NCBI RefSeq assembly: GCF_018350175.1 | Contig: NC_058373.1 | Coordinates: forward strand, 104,720,001 to 104,784,000 | Origin: Felis catus | Taxonomy: Eukaryota | Direction of reading: 5' to 3' | Length of the DNA stretch: 64,000 bases | Program-made: the position numbers and the translations under genes | The notes under the pieces: model-generated | Told to the model about the DNA's origin: nothing | What the model saw: the letters and a program-made list of their open reading frames with translations, nothing else | The model's database searches: none | In this document: positions 1 through 11,754 of the stretch, one piece after another | How the letters are laid out: the number at the start of each line of letters is the position of its first letter | How positions within the stretch are numbered: the first letter of the stretch is position 1

Positions 1-512
1 GAGAAAGACAGATACCATATGGTTTCACTCTTATGTGGATCTTGAGAAACTTAACAGAAACCCAAGGGGGAGGGGAAGGAAAAAAAAAAAAGAGGTTAGA
101 GTGGGAGAGAGCCAAAGCATAAGAAACTGTTAAAAACTGAGAACAAGGGGAGCCTGGGTGGCTCAGTCGGTTAAGCAGCTGACTTCGGCTCAGGTCACGA
201 TCTCGCAGTCTGTGAGTTCGAGCCCCACATCGGGCTCTGTGCTGACAGCTCGGAGCCTGGAGCCTGCTTCCGATTCTGTGTCTCCCTCTCTCTGACCCTC
301 CCCCGTTCATGCTCTGTCTCTCTCTGTCTCAAAAATAAATAAACGTTAAAAAAAAAATTTTTTTTAAAACTGAGAACAAACTGAGGGTTGATGGGGGGTG
401 GGAGGGAGGGGAGGGTGGGTGATGGGTATTGAAGAGGGCACCTTTTGGGATGAGCACTGGGTGTTGTATGGAAACCAATTTGACAATAAATTTCATATAT
501 TGAAAAAAAAAA
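1..512 (+). mobile_element. Felid LINE-1 3' UTR with A-tail, interrupted by a SINE
   Basis: Typical carnivore L1 3' end (gacagataccatatggtttcactc..., G-rich tract, gatgagcactgggtgttgtatgg, aataaa, A-run). Confidence 0.85.
147..365 (+). mobile_element. SINEC_Fc (CanSINE) nested in L1
   Basis: tRNA-like head, (CT)n and A-tail. 14-bp TSD aaaactgagaacaa at 133-146 and 366-379. Confidence 0.95.
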
Positions 513-1086
513 GTCCCTGGTAAATAATAATGTCACCTTAGATGTATTATATTGCTTCTTTAGAACCTGCCACCATAAGTCTAGCAGAGAAGACAGTGTT
601 CCAAATGGCTTCCAACTCACTCAATCTGGATCTTTCCTCCAGAATGACTGTGCTTAGACATAGGTATGAACAGAAACACAAGATAGATGCCAAAGTCACA
701 TGACTTGGAGCTTAGCAAGGAATCAGAAGCAAAAATCTGCATGCTCTGACCCCCTTAGGAATCTTAGCTTTCACAGGAGATAAACAATTCTTAGTATGTC
801 TGGTTTTCAAGACCACAAAACCATTATTGACACCTCACTAGTGCCATCTTGGCATTAACCCAGGACTAAATATAGAAAATCCCAGACTGAGGAAAAATGT
901 AATTTTCAACGCCTGTTTAAAATATACAATGTTAAATGTCATCCTCAATTACCATACCTTGAACCTGAAGGAACTGGTGTGCTGCCCTATCTGAGCTAGA
1001 AAACGAAATATGTCTTCCAAACTTGATGTAAGCAGTAGCACTTCAATAAAACTTAATAAGTAGTCTGCAGTATTGGTTGGATACTT

Positions 1087-1294
1087 TTTTTTTTTTCAAC
1101 GTTTATTTATTTTTGGGACAGAGAGAGAGCATGAACAGGGGAGGGGCAGAGGGAGAGGGAGACAGAATCAGAATCAGGCTCCAGGCTCTGAGCCATCAGC
1201 CCAGAGCCCGACGCGGGGCTCGAACTCAACGGACCGCAAGATCGTGACTTGGCTGAAATCGGAGGCTTAACCGACTGCACCACCCAGGCGCCCC
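1087..1294 (-). mobile_element. SINEC_Fc
   Basis: Reverse-oriented SINE body. TSD ggttggatactt at 1075-1086 and 1295-1306. Confidence 0.95.
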
Positions 1295-1499
1295 GGTTGG
1301 ATACTTCTTAAACAGAACTCCCTACGGACTTACACTCTAAACAGACACCTGATTTTCTTAGTTTGTAGAAATATTGTCTCTATAACCTAAGTATGATCTT
1401 GATAGACTCCAAAAACTATCAGAAACAGAAAAAAGAAAAGATTGGATCTTGATTGAAGCCTATGATTTGAGTAAGAAACTTTTTTATGCAAGCTCTGTG

Positions 1500-2045
1500 A
1501 ACCAATAGCGATTAAGTTGACTGTCCGGCCAATTGCTCCTTTTCACTTCAAACAACCTTTTCCCCTACAGTCAAAAGAGCTACCGGAGAGAGTTCCTGGC
1601 AGCCATGATTGCATAACTTGACCCTGCCCCAAGCCACCATAGTCCATAGAATCAAGAGTATGCACTTGACACAAATTGGGCCAAAGAGTCCCTTTCTCCG
1701 GGAATCTGGATTTAGAAGTAAGAGATTCTTGCTCAATCTGTCTGCTCTCTTGAATAGAGGACACGTAAACACTGGAACTGCTGGCAGAGGCTATTTTCAA
1801 CCATTTGGACAAGGAAATTGAGAAAGCCAGCCTGCAGCAAGAGACAAGAATGGAGAACATGTGCCAGAAAAAAGAGATGAAAGGCAGAGAAAGAGGGCTT
1901 CCTGTTTTCCCTATCACCCTCCAGGACCTGATGCTAGCTCATCCCACCTGATCCCTGCCCCTAAAATCCATAGAATATTCCCAGTATCCTTTCAATCACT
2001 TCCATTTTTGCTTAAGCCAGTTCACATGCAATCTTGTAACTAGAG
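1500..2045 (+). mobile_element. Old ERVL/MaLR-like LTR remnant
   Basis: The 3' motif ttccatttttgcttaagccagtt...cttgtaact resembles old MLT1/LTR33-type ends. Heavily diverged. Confidence 0.4.
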
Positions 2046-2466
2046 ATCAAATAAGTCCTCACGAACACTCCAGGTCTCTCCATTTTATTTAGTCTCAAAT
2101 AACTGAGAACCAGTTTGCACAAATTTTTTAAGGCAAGATCTCTGACAGGAGAATCTAATTCCAGCCTCTCAAGGCAGATAAGTGCAACAAAATTAAAAAT
2201 GCTTATCCTAAAATGTTAAACGGAAGAGAAGCAGGGCACAAAATCGTGTATGTATCAGAATTATGACCACACTTTAGTTTACATTTGCCAAAACTCAAGA
2301 AGGGGAGCCCTAAACGCATTAGGAAGAAAGGAAGGAAATTAACCAAAATAACAGTAGTTGTGCTAGAGTGACAAGTTTATTTTTCTTTTCCTCTATATTC
2401 TTCTGGGTCTGTAAATAATTAAACGCTTTATAACTTAAAAAAATTAACTCCAGAGATTATGTAGAA

Positions 2467-2527
2467 ATATGTTTATAACATATATGTTTATATGTTTATA
2501 ACATATATGTTTATAGGTTTATAACAT
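2467..2527. repeat. AT-rich minisatellite, 23-bp unit x ~2.6
   Basis: Unit atatgtttataacatatatgttt repeated, with one mismatch in the third copy. Confidence 0.85.
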
Positions 2528-3405
2528 AATGATGTATTTTTTAAAGTAGAACATAAAACACTCTGTTATGTTTACTGCTATATAAACAGCCCAAAAAGGA
2601 ACGGTGTCTCTAAAACTCTGCCTATTAAAGAAACACTGCAACTTTCAACAAACTGGCTCCAAATTAATCCTCAGGCTTCGCTTCCTCTCCACCTGTTTGC
2701 CCTCCCAATCCTATCTAACCCTACTTGTCCCCAACCCATGCTACCCATCTTCAAATGGGCTTCCATGCTTCCCCTCCCCCACTCTCTTGCCCCTATTCTC
2801 CCACACCCCTGGCACCCTTGCACTCCCTTCTCCTTTGAGGTCTGGATATCTCTAGATATGCAGACTCATCCCGTCCCTCATAGGCCCTAGATTTGTCTTC
2901 TCTCTTTTAGATCAACCCACTGGGAATAACCTTATCACAAATGGCCTCCAGCCCATTTTAAACTATCCTTAGGGACAACCCAGATAAGTGTAATACACTG
3001 CCCCTTTCGATTATAGCACCAGACAAGCCAGAAATGGATAAGGAATGGAAAACCATTGTGAACTTGGATAATGTGCAAATGATCTTTAACATCGCTCTAA
3101 CACAACTTTCAATACCAATTCAAAATGCAATGCTGAATATGAAAAACAAACAGCAACAAAAAAAAGTGGTAAGTCACTTATTTACCAGGAAAAAATGAGC
3201 AAGGCTCTTGGATGGTGAAACCAGTTCTACTGTCTTCCTCCATAATCATTAACAACTTCCATATATTGAACTGTGCCAGACATTCTGCATCCATTGTCTT
3301 ACATAATCCTCCTAGTGACCTGTGAAACAACTACTTTTATTCCCATACTACAGGAACAAAATTGTTGAGCTGAGTTGTTGAACGGCTAAGAAGTGGCAGA
3401 GCAAA

Positions 3406-3625
3406 GGGGCGCCTGGGTGGCGCAGTCGGTTAAGCGTCCGACTTCAGCCAGGTCACGATCTCGCGGTCCGTGAGTTCGAGCCCCGCGTCGGGCTCTGGGC
3501 TGATGGCTCAGAGCCTGGAGCCTGTTTCCGATTCTGTGTCTCCCTCTCTCTCTGCCCCTCCCCCGTTCATGCTCTGTCTCTCTCTGTCCCAAAAAAATAA
3601 ACGTTGGGAAAAAAAAAAAATTTAA
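3406..3625 (+). mobile_element. Young SINEC_Fc inserted into a MIR-like remnant
   Basis: CpG-rich intact body. TSD aagaagtggcagagca at 3388-3403 and 3626-3641. Confidence 0.95.
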
Positions 3626-4459
3626 AAGAAGTGGCAGAGCAGAATCTTAAGGTCTTTGCATTAGACCTCATGGCCTCAAACAGGCCTTAGATATACTTTC
3701 TTTAGAAAGCCTGTCTGAAATTTAATGTTAAGCCCACGTGTTAGCTAGTAGTCGTAGTAGTATTTTATAATACAAATACCCAATTTATATGTAAATTTAT
3801 ATTTTAAATGAAAAATACACACCAAAATTAGCACTGTAGAAATGGCATTATCCAACATGAATACCACAAACAATGATACTCATACAGTCCTTGTATATTA
3901 CAGTTAAAAGCTACGTAACAAAGACTTCTCAATACTCCACATCGATGGTAATTAGAACTGTCTATGAAACACTACCTATCACATACAAAGCAATATAAAG
4001 ATTATCAGGGTAAAACAGAACATGAACTGGGAGAAATAGTGATGGCGTTTGTGTCACTAGCAAGAGACGATTTTATAACTTACTCCAGCCAGAGTTGCTT
4101 AAATGTTACATATTGTACCATGAAGACCAACATCGACCATTTTAAAAGGGGGTGGGAGGAAGGACCCGTTGTATTTCTTACAATTCTACCAACTTGGGAC
4201 TACTCTGTATTTAAAAAAAAAAAAAAAAAAGCCTTTGCCCCCTTTCAAGCATAGAGAAAGTGATAAAGAAAACAAGAAGGGCAAAAATGCAGAAGTTACA
4301 ACCACAAAGGTAAAGTGATACCATCTGATGTATTCTCTGAATAGGCACATCTGTTTGATTCATTCATAGCTGGTGAATTTCTTCTCCAATTGCTACGATC
4401 ATGGGCTCTCTCTCTTTCTGTGAGAAAATAATTAACTCCAATTTCTTCAAAGGAAACTA

Positions 4460-4900
4460 TAATCATTCATTCATTAGTACGACAAACTTTATTGAGCACC
4501 CAGGATATATACCAGACACTTTGCCTAAGAGGAAAATACATAAATAAAGATAAGTCCTTGCCCTCCCTCAGCTCTGTGGGTGAGACAGTCTTGTGTAAAC
4601 AGCCAAAAATAGTGTGCTAAGTGCTGGAGCAGAGGTGAGTACACAGTATTATAGGAGCACAGAGGGAGGATTAACCCAGCCTGGGGCAATCAGGAAGCTT
4701 TGCAGAGGACAGCGTTTCAACTCAGCCTCAGCCTTCAAAGAGCTTTCGAAAGAGTGATGAAGGAGACACAGGGAGAGGAAGTCATCTGGCCATAGTGTAA
4801 AAAAGCACTGAGGAGGAGAGCATGGGGACAATAATGTTATCGAAATAATGAGCCCCTTGATGAGACTATGACCAGGGTTTATGGAGGCCATGTGAGATAT
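4460..4900 (-). mobile_element. LINE-2 3' fragment
   Basis: cattcattcatt...tttattgagcacc is the reverse of the L2 3' end, followed by purine-rich L2-like sequence. Confidence 0.6.
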
Positions 4901-4941
4901 GAAAAAAAAAAACAAAAAACAAAAAACAAAAAAACAACCTG

Positions 4942-5162
4942 GGGGCGCCTGGGTGGCTCAGTCAGTTAAGCTTCTGACTCTTGGTTTCGGCTCAGGTCAT
5001 AATCTCACAGTTTCACGGAGTTTGAGCCCCTAGTCAGATTCTGCAGTCTACTTCAGATTCTGTCTCTCCCTCTCTCTCGGCCCCTCCCCCACTCATGCTG
5101 TCTCTCTCTCTCTCTCTCTCTCTCTATCTCAAAAATAAACTTAAAATAAAAATAAATTTAAA
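4942..5162 (+). mobile_element. Older carnivore SINEC
   Basis: SINE head ggggcgcctgggtggctcag, (CT)n and A-rich tail. Preceded by (A6C)n at about 4902-4937. Confidence 0.9.
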
Positions 5163-5479
5163 AAGTGGACTAAAAATCCAACAATCAAGCAGATTAAGTG
5201 CTTGAATATATGGAAGACTAGGAATACATTATTAAATTATTAATAATTATATAATAATTAGTGTGAAATAAAAAGAATTTGCATGTACTTATGGATATAA
5301 AAAAGACTGAAAGGATAATATTAACCAAAATGTGAATACTAATCACCTCTGGGTGATGGAATTATGAGTAATTTTGTTTTAATCTCCCTTTGCTTCTCTG
5401 CTTTCCAGATTTTCTGCATTAAGCATGCATCACTTTGGCAATTAGTGGGGGAAATGCGCGCTAAAATAGAACAATGTAA

Positions 5480-6180
5480 GCTGGGCTCAGATTGTGGCAT
5501 GCTAAGGAGTTTGGACTTTACTCCACAGAAAATCAAGATTTATTCCAGGCCTTTGATGAGGGATGCGAGATGAACAGATCTGCATTTTACGAAATTAAAT
5601 GTTAAGGTGTGCATACTAGATTTGAAGGGTTTGAGGCTGGAGGAAAGATGTGATGGACAGAAAGAACTAAGGTAGTGCCAGTGGGGATGGAAAACACATA
5701 TTTAGGGAAGAACAGATAGGACTTCTTAACTGAATATGGGTAAGAAAAAAAGGGTAGAGGTTTGAGGATAACTCCAGGTTTCCAGGCAATTGGTTAGATG
5801 CAGATATTGGAAGCTAAAAAGTATAATAAGGAGGAAAGGGCACATTTTAAGGACAGGCTGATGAATTTAGTTTTATGTGTGACATGCCTAGAGGACATCC
5901 AGGTAGGAAGTCTAGTAGGAAGTTCGAAATGGCCTGGGTTTAGGAAAAGAGAACCTAGATATATAGACTCATAGGAGATAGCGAAGCCAGGGGATTGAAT
6001 GAGCTTACTCAGGGAAAGTAGGGTGAGAAGAACCAACTGAGGCTGGAACCTGGGGACATGCTAAGTCATAGCAGCAGTCAGAGACATCAGAGAGCCAGAA
6101 AAGCCAGAAGCTGATAGAATTCTTTTTGGAGAGGAGATGCTCAGCGCGGGGATCAGAGTAAGGGGAAGAGGTTTTACTGT
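5480..6180 (-). mobile_element. LINE-2 fragment
   Basis: Purine-rich sequence with reverse L2 motifs (tttgaggataactccaggtttc, gacatccaggtaggaagtc). Confidence 0.6.
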
Positions 6181-6245
6181 TGCAGCTACCAAGAGTAAAC
6201 AACCACAGAACCTGGTCACTAATGGGCATTGAAAAACAAAAGGCC

Positions 6246-6466
6246 GGGGCGCCAGGGTGGCGCAGTCGGTTAAGCGCCCGACTTCAGCCAGGTCACGATC
6301 TCGCGGTCCGGGAGTTCGAGCCCCGCGTCAGGCTCTGGGCTGATGGCTCAGAGCCTGGAGCCTGTTTCCGATTCTGTGTCTCCCTCTCTCTCTGCCCCTC
6401 CCCCGTTCATGCTCTGTCTCTCTCTGTCCCAAAAATAAATAAACGTTGAAAAAAAAAAAGTTTTAA
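6246..6466 (+). mobile_element. Young SINEC_Fc
   Basis: TSD gaaaaacaaaaggcc at 6231-6245 and 6467-6481. Confidence 0.95.
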
Positions 6467-6749
6467 GAAAAACAAAAGGCCAACAGGTGCAAAAAACATA
6501 GAACGAAGAAAGACGACTGGTTGCCATCTGAGATGGAAGGTGCAGTGAAGAGATGGGACTTTTGTGAAAGCTGTCAAAGCACTAGGGTTTAATTCACTAC
6601 ACACCAACATACCACCTCCTTATACCAACACAAAAAGAAGTCTCACCTCAAGAATATCAAGTATGGAATACAATAAAACCTAAGTTGACTTATTAAGATG
6701 ACAACTAAGATGACAACCTAGTTGACTAACGGAAATAACTTCTTACTGC

Positions 6750-8910
6750 ATACAGCTCTCTCCCTGACCACCGCCTCTCATCTTCCAGCTAACTTCCGCT
6801 CCCCTTTGATCCCACTGAGGTTGCAACCCACTGATCCTACCATCTCTTCACTCTCCCTAACTGCCTTGATTTCCTCCCCTCTACTTACCAGCTTTAAATT
6901 CTACGGTCAACCATTACGGTAATACCTTTCTTGCATCCATTTACTACTCCCTTTCCCCTATTATTTTATCATACCCATTGGATAATCTGCACTCTGGTGA
7001 AGTCCTTCTCTTCACTTGCTCCAAGTCTTCATTGTATCAGTGAATGTAACAACCTACCGACTGGTCTCACTTTCAATTTGTGGCCAGAAACTTTAAATGG
7101 GCTCTTTAAGGCAGCCAAACCACTTTACTGCACTTCCCGGGTCTGGTCATGCTCCCTACTCAATTATTCACAACTTCTCTCTCCTCCAACCACTACCACA
7201 CCCTCCCCCATCCTCACTTTCAGTTGATTCCTTGCTTCCCCTTTGGAGAAAATTAAAGCAACCAAAGAGAAACTCAGCTGCCTCCCACCATCTTGGTTAT
7301 CCACCTTCCAGAACCTGTGCCCACACACACTGCCCTGCATGAAGTGTCTTTTTTCTTGTGCGGTAGATTCCATGCCTTATCTCTCCCACATTATGGATTA
7401 TTCTTTCTCTACTGAATCATTCTCAAGTCCTTGCAAACTTGCTGTTATTTCTTCCATTAAAAGAAAAAAAACTTCCTTGATCCTACGATCCCCATTGGCT
7501 CTGCTCCCCTTTGCACAAAAAATCCTTGAAGAGTTGTCTATGCTCACATTTCCAAGTCCTCTAATGCTCTTATACACATTCTAGTAAATTTTATCCTACC
7601 TTACCTGCTCTTGTCAGGGTTCTTGTCAAGGTCACCAATGACCCCCAATTGCCAAATTCAGTGGTCAGTTACAAGTCTTTATTTCACTTAACTTTTCAGC
7701 AGCATCGGACTCAGCTAATCCCTTCCCCTTGAAACTCTTCACTGGCTTCCAGGGTATCACAAGCTCCTGGTTTTCCTCCCACCTCCCTGGGAGCTCCTTC
7801 TTGGTCTACCTGCATGGTTTCTCCTCTCCCCCAGCCTCTTAATGTCTGAGACCCTCAGGATTCAAACCTTGTTCCTTTTCTCTACATAAATTCACTCTTG
7901 GAGCTCTCATCAGTCTTAGGCTTCAAATACCATCCAGATGCTGAAAAATCCCTAATTTATATCCCCATTCAGACCTTTCCTATGAACTCCAGGCTTACCT
8001 TTCATCTCCAATTACATTTAACATTCCTCAAATAGTATCCTTAGCCCCAGACTCCCTCTACCTTGAAGCCTTCAGGATTCAGCTGTTGGCAACTCAAAGT
8101 TGGGCAAACCAGAAAAGATGGAATCACATTTTGCTCCTCTCTCTCTTGCAAATGTCATATCCGGTGCACTGGTAACCCCTACTGGCTCTAACTTCAAGTA
8201 TCTGCAGAATCTGACCACCTCTTACCACCTGTTACCACTCTGGTTCAGGCCGACATCATCTCCCACCCAGGTTATTGCAATAACATAGCTAGTCTCTCTG
8301 CTTCCACTCCTGCCTGAATACAGCAGTCAAACTGATCCCTTTGAAAAGTCAAGTCACATCACTCCTTTGTCAAAACCCTAGAAAGGCTTCCCAAAGGACT
8401 TACAATGGCCTCTAAGGCTCTACTTTACCCGAACCCCTGCATTCACAGTGACCCCATCTCTACCCATTCTCCCAACTGCTCACTCCACTTCTGCCATGCA
8501 GATCTCCATGCTTTTCCTCTAGCATGCCAGGCACGTTCCAGCTCAGAGCCTTGCACTGGCTGTCCACCCTGCCTGGAACATCTTCCAGATGTTCACGCAT
8601 CTAACTTCTTCACATCCTTCAAGGCTTTGCCTGGTTGTGATCTCCTCAGTGAAGTCTTAACAGGCTGCCCTATTTAAAATTGCCACAATCTCTACCCCTC
8701 CCCCTCAGAATTGTTCATTCTTTTTCCCCTGTTGTGATTTTTTTAAAGCACCTATCACCTTGAAGCATACATTATTTGTTTGTTTGTTTGTTATTATTGT
8801 CTGTCTCCACTCACTGAAACTTCAGCTCCAAAAAGGAACACGTTGTTGTCTGTTTCGTTCATGGGCGTATTCTTGGCACACAGGAGGTCCTCAAATAGCA
8901 CTTGTTGAAT
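6750..8910 (+). mobile_element. Long LINE-2 fragment
   Basis: Pyrimidine-rich with L2 motifs (tcttgtcaaggtcaccaatgac, ccaaattcagtggtca). Ends in an L2-type 3' terminus (ggcacacaggaggtcctcaaatagcacttgttgaat). Confidence 0.8.
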
Positions 8911-9022
8911 AGAGGAGTCTATTTCCCCCACCAGACCAAAAGTAACTCAAGGCTAGACAAATGCTTCCATCATTTCTGCACCCTGATTATTATCCTGATA
9001 ATATCATACCCTGACAATACAT

Positions 9023-9024
<2 letters not shown>

Positions 9025-9061
<37 letters not shown>
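9025..9061. repeat. (CA)n microsatellite
   Basis: About 18 CA units. Confidence 0.95.
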
Positions 9062-9063
<2 letters not shown>

Positions 9064-11552
9064 CTTTTTGTATCAGTCTGACTACTAGCATTTCTTCTGC
9101 ACAAGGCACTCATCTTCCTGATTGCCAGGGACGGCACCAGTATACATTAACAGGAGGCTGATCACTGATGCATTTTCTCAGAGCTGAGTCCCCACCTACT
9201 TCTAAAAAGGTAAATGGCACAGATATCAAGAGATCATCCTTAAGGCCTCACATGTGACCAGTCAGAAAATGGGAAAGTCACCTTGCCTTCACATATTCTA
9301 TATTCCTCACCATAGCCTTTCCCTTAATATATCCCTCCAGACTTCCCCCAAGCTGTTGCTCATTCCTGGTAACAGCTAAATCAATTGGCCATATTGTACT
9401 GGTTTGCTTCAATGTGTTTGTTTACTAGTTGAGGCCTGCATTAAGGGCAGGATTATTTCACGGTGCTCGGCTGCCTGGCTCTCTTCCAGCTCTCTCCTCT
9501 CCTCGTCTCTCACTGTGCAAAATGGCAATCTCTTTCTACCTCTGAAGGCACGAACATCCTGAAAGTTATTTGACTATCATGTAATTCTCTGTGCTCATGA
9601 GATTGTCTGCACTGACTTCTGTGGCCTCAAGTTAGATAAGTGCCCATCAAAAATAACTACGCCAAATGTACCTTTATCCCTGTTCGCTTCAGTTACTGTC
9701 TCAGCCCGTGCTCTTCCCTCTTTTTGTCCTATTATTGTACTGCAAATGAAACAAGGGCCGCTATTTGAATGAGCATGAAAAGATAATATGAACATGATTT
9801 TATTTAAAATGTCACTTTTCCAGTATTCCATTTGGTTTGTTCTTTATTAACCACAGTTCCATTGTTATAAAAATTATATTAATAAACTACCCTGAGTCTT
9901 GAAATTTCAGACAGCTTCCACATTCTCTAAGCAACCAAAATCCCATGGTTCCTAATTAAAACATTCAATTACTTGGTGAAATCCAACTAATGTCCACATA
10001 GCATCCTTTCCTCGCCATAGTGCTTTATGGTGCCTCATAGCATAGGGCTGTCCTTAAGTTTCTAGGGTAAAAAAAGAAACCCTTTGCCAATAGGGGGAAA
10101 AAAAGAAGTTTTTGAATCTATAGTACAAAGACTTCAAACTGCATTCCACAGTGTGTTATTTTCTTTCCAGAAAATTCTAACACTATATAATTACTTTTGT
10201 ATGGAAAATGAATAATGTAAGCTTCTAAAAACAGCTAGACTGAAACCATCCAAATCAGACAGGCCTTTCCTGAAACCAAATGAAATATCAAATGAGAAAA
10301 TATCTCTATGAGAACAAAGCTCCTGAATTATTATTAAATAGAGACGCAGCATAGTGGGGGAGAAAGTTACATGAAAAAAAAAAGTGTTTTCTCCTCTATG
10401 TGTCAGGGTTTGTCTGCTTCAGAGAAACTATAACATTGATCGGACCCCAAAATGTCACAGAAAAATACCAATCAGAAATGCATCGAGGATCTTGCACGGT
10501 TTCTGGTTAAAAATAACAGCAAAAACATCAATTAGGCTCCATCTATTGCGACAGAAATGCATTGATACAGGAAAAGCGAGATCCCACCTGCATGGGAATT
10601 AAGCCGCAACTAGTCCCCCAATTCGGAGAAAAATGAGCTTCACTTTGGTCGCTGGCTGAACTAATTCCAGCAAAGATAGCCAGTGGGGTTTGGGGGGGGG
10701 GGGGACAGAGTAGAGCGCACCTCATCGCCCTCCCGGCGAAACTGCTCTAGAAATGTGAAAGCATCCGCGCCGCACGACCCCCCCCCCCTCCTCCCCTTAG
10801 CTGGGAGAAAGCCTGTGCAGAACCGAGAAGCCTACTCAGGCTGAGAGGGAGCCGCGACGTGCCGCCGGCCGCGCGGGAGCTTGGCCCTGTCGCGCCTCCC
10901 GCTTGCACACACCCCACCCCCAGTCGTTTGCACGGGTCTCTGGCTCCAGGCGCCGGCACTCGGAGACCTGAGCAGGTTTCTCTCTGCCCGGAGTGGAGGA
11001 CCTCGCAAAGACATTTTAGCAGGAGTAATTCCCGCGCTGGCGGCGTCTCGACAGCCGGAGTGCACAAGCAGAGCCGGCCTGCGCCGGGACCCAAGTCTGC
11101 CTCTGCCGCCCCCGCCGGCACCACCCCCGAGCCTACCCAGCCAGCGCGCCCCGCGCCCCGCCTGCAGCCCGGCACCCAGTAGGGGCTGGGGGGAGTGCAG
11201 CAGCTAGGGCTGACTTTCCGCTAAGTAAACAGCCATGGCAGCCTTCCCCTTGGTGGTAAATGAGCCAGAGATGAGCCGGCCGACGGCCGCCCGGAGCGCT
11301 CACCCGGTCCCCCCGGCGCTTCCGACCCCAAGGCTGCCTCTGTTTCCAAACTCCTAGGCGCAAACGGCCCGGGCCCCCGTTCTCTCTCGTGGTTCAGCAC
11401 CGAGAACAACGGACATACTTTTCGCCCCAGCGGCCCCACTGCCAGGAAGGTAGCGTTAGCGGTACCGGCAGGGCTGCAGGTGTCCGGACCGCGCGCCCTC
11501 CCGTATCCCACCCGCTCCGTGCCTGGAACAAGGCAGCCCCGCGGCGTCTTAC

Positions 11553-11655
11553 TTTTCTGGCTGGAGTAACCCGGGTAATAGCCATAGTAGCCAGTGATCC
11601 GCAGGATCCGATCCTCGATGGTGGCCACCCCGTTGGGGGCCGCTTTGACATCCAT
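11553..11655 (-). CDS. SLC35F4: SLC35F4 (solute carrier family 35 member F4), first coding exon, phase-1 donor
   Basis: The minus strand from ATG 11655 reads MDVKAAPNGVATIEDRILRITGYYGYYPGYSSQK+A, which I recognise as the SLC35F4 N-terminus. A donor AAAA|GTAAGA follows with GT at 11552-11551. The exon has 103 coding nt (34 codons + 1). The rest of track ORF 11221..11655 is intron read-through. Confidence 0.93.
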
Positions 11656-11730
11656 AGAGAGCGCGGGGCGGCGGCCCCGGGCGCGGCAGGGCGGAGAGCG
11701 CAGCGCGGGGCCCGGGAGCTGGTGCAGGTG

Positions 11731-11754
11731 CTGCTGCTGCTGCCGCCGCCGCCG
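11731..11754. repeat. (CTG)4(CCG)4 compound triplet repeat in the putative 5' UTR
   Basis: ctgctgctgctg ccgccgccgccg read directly. Confidence 0.9.

Larger units (their letters stand above)
1..11552 (-). other. SLC35F4: 5' part of SLC35F4 intron 1 (continues beyond the window start)
   Basis: Begins at the GTAAG donor. No sequence recognisable as SLC35F4 exon 2 is seen in 1-11552, which is mostly repeats. Confidence 0.8.

Noticed and set aside
147..230. tRNA-like A/B-box sequences (tggctcagtcggttaag...gagttcgagccc) at many positions
   Set aside because: These are the tRNA-derived heads of SINEC elements, not tRNA genes.
3386..3592. Recurrent ORF family 'MGQRETEHERGRGRERGRHRIGNRLQAL...' (also 14624, 39950, 51303) and 'MAQSVKR...SASDSVSPS' ORFs, which resemble a multicopy gene family
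   Set aside because: All are translations of SINEC copies on one strand or the other, and most start at non-ATG codons. They are not genes.
11221..11552. Continuation of the SLC35F4 ORF past codon 35
   Set aside because: It lies beyond a strong GTAAG donor and does not resemble the SLC35F4 sequence I recall. It is intron read-through.
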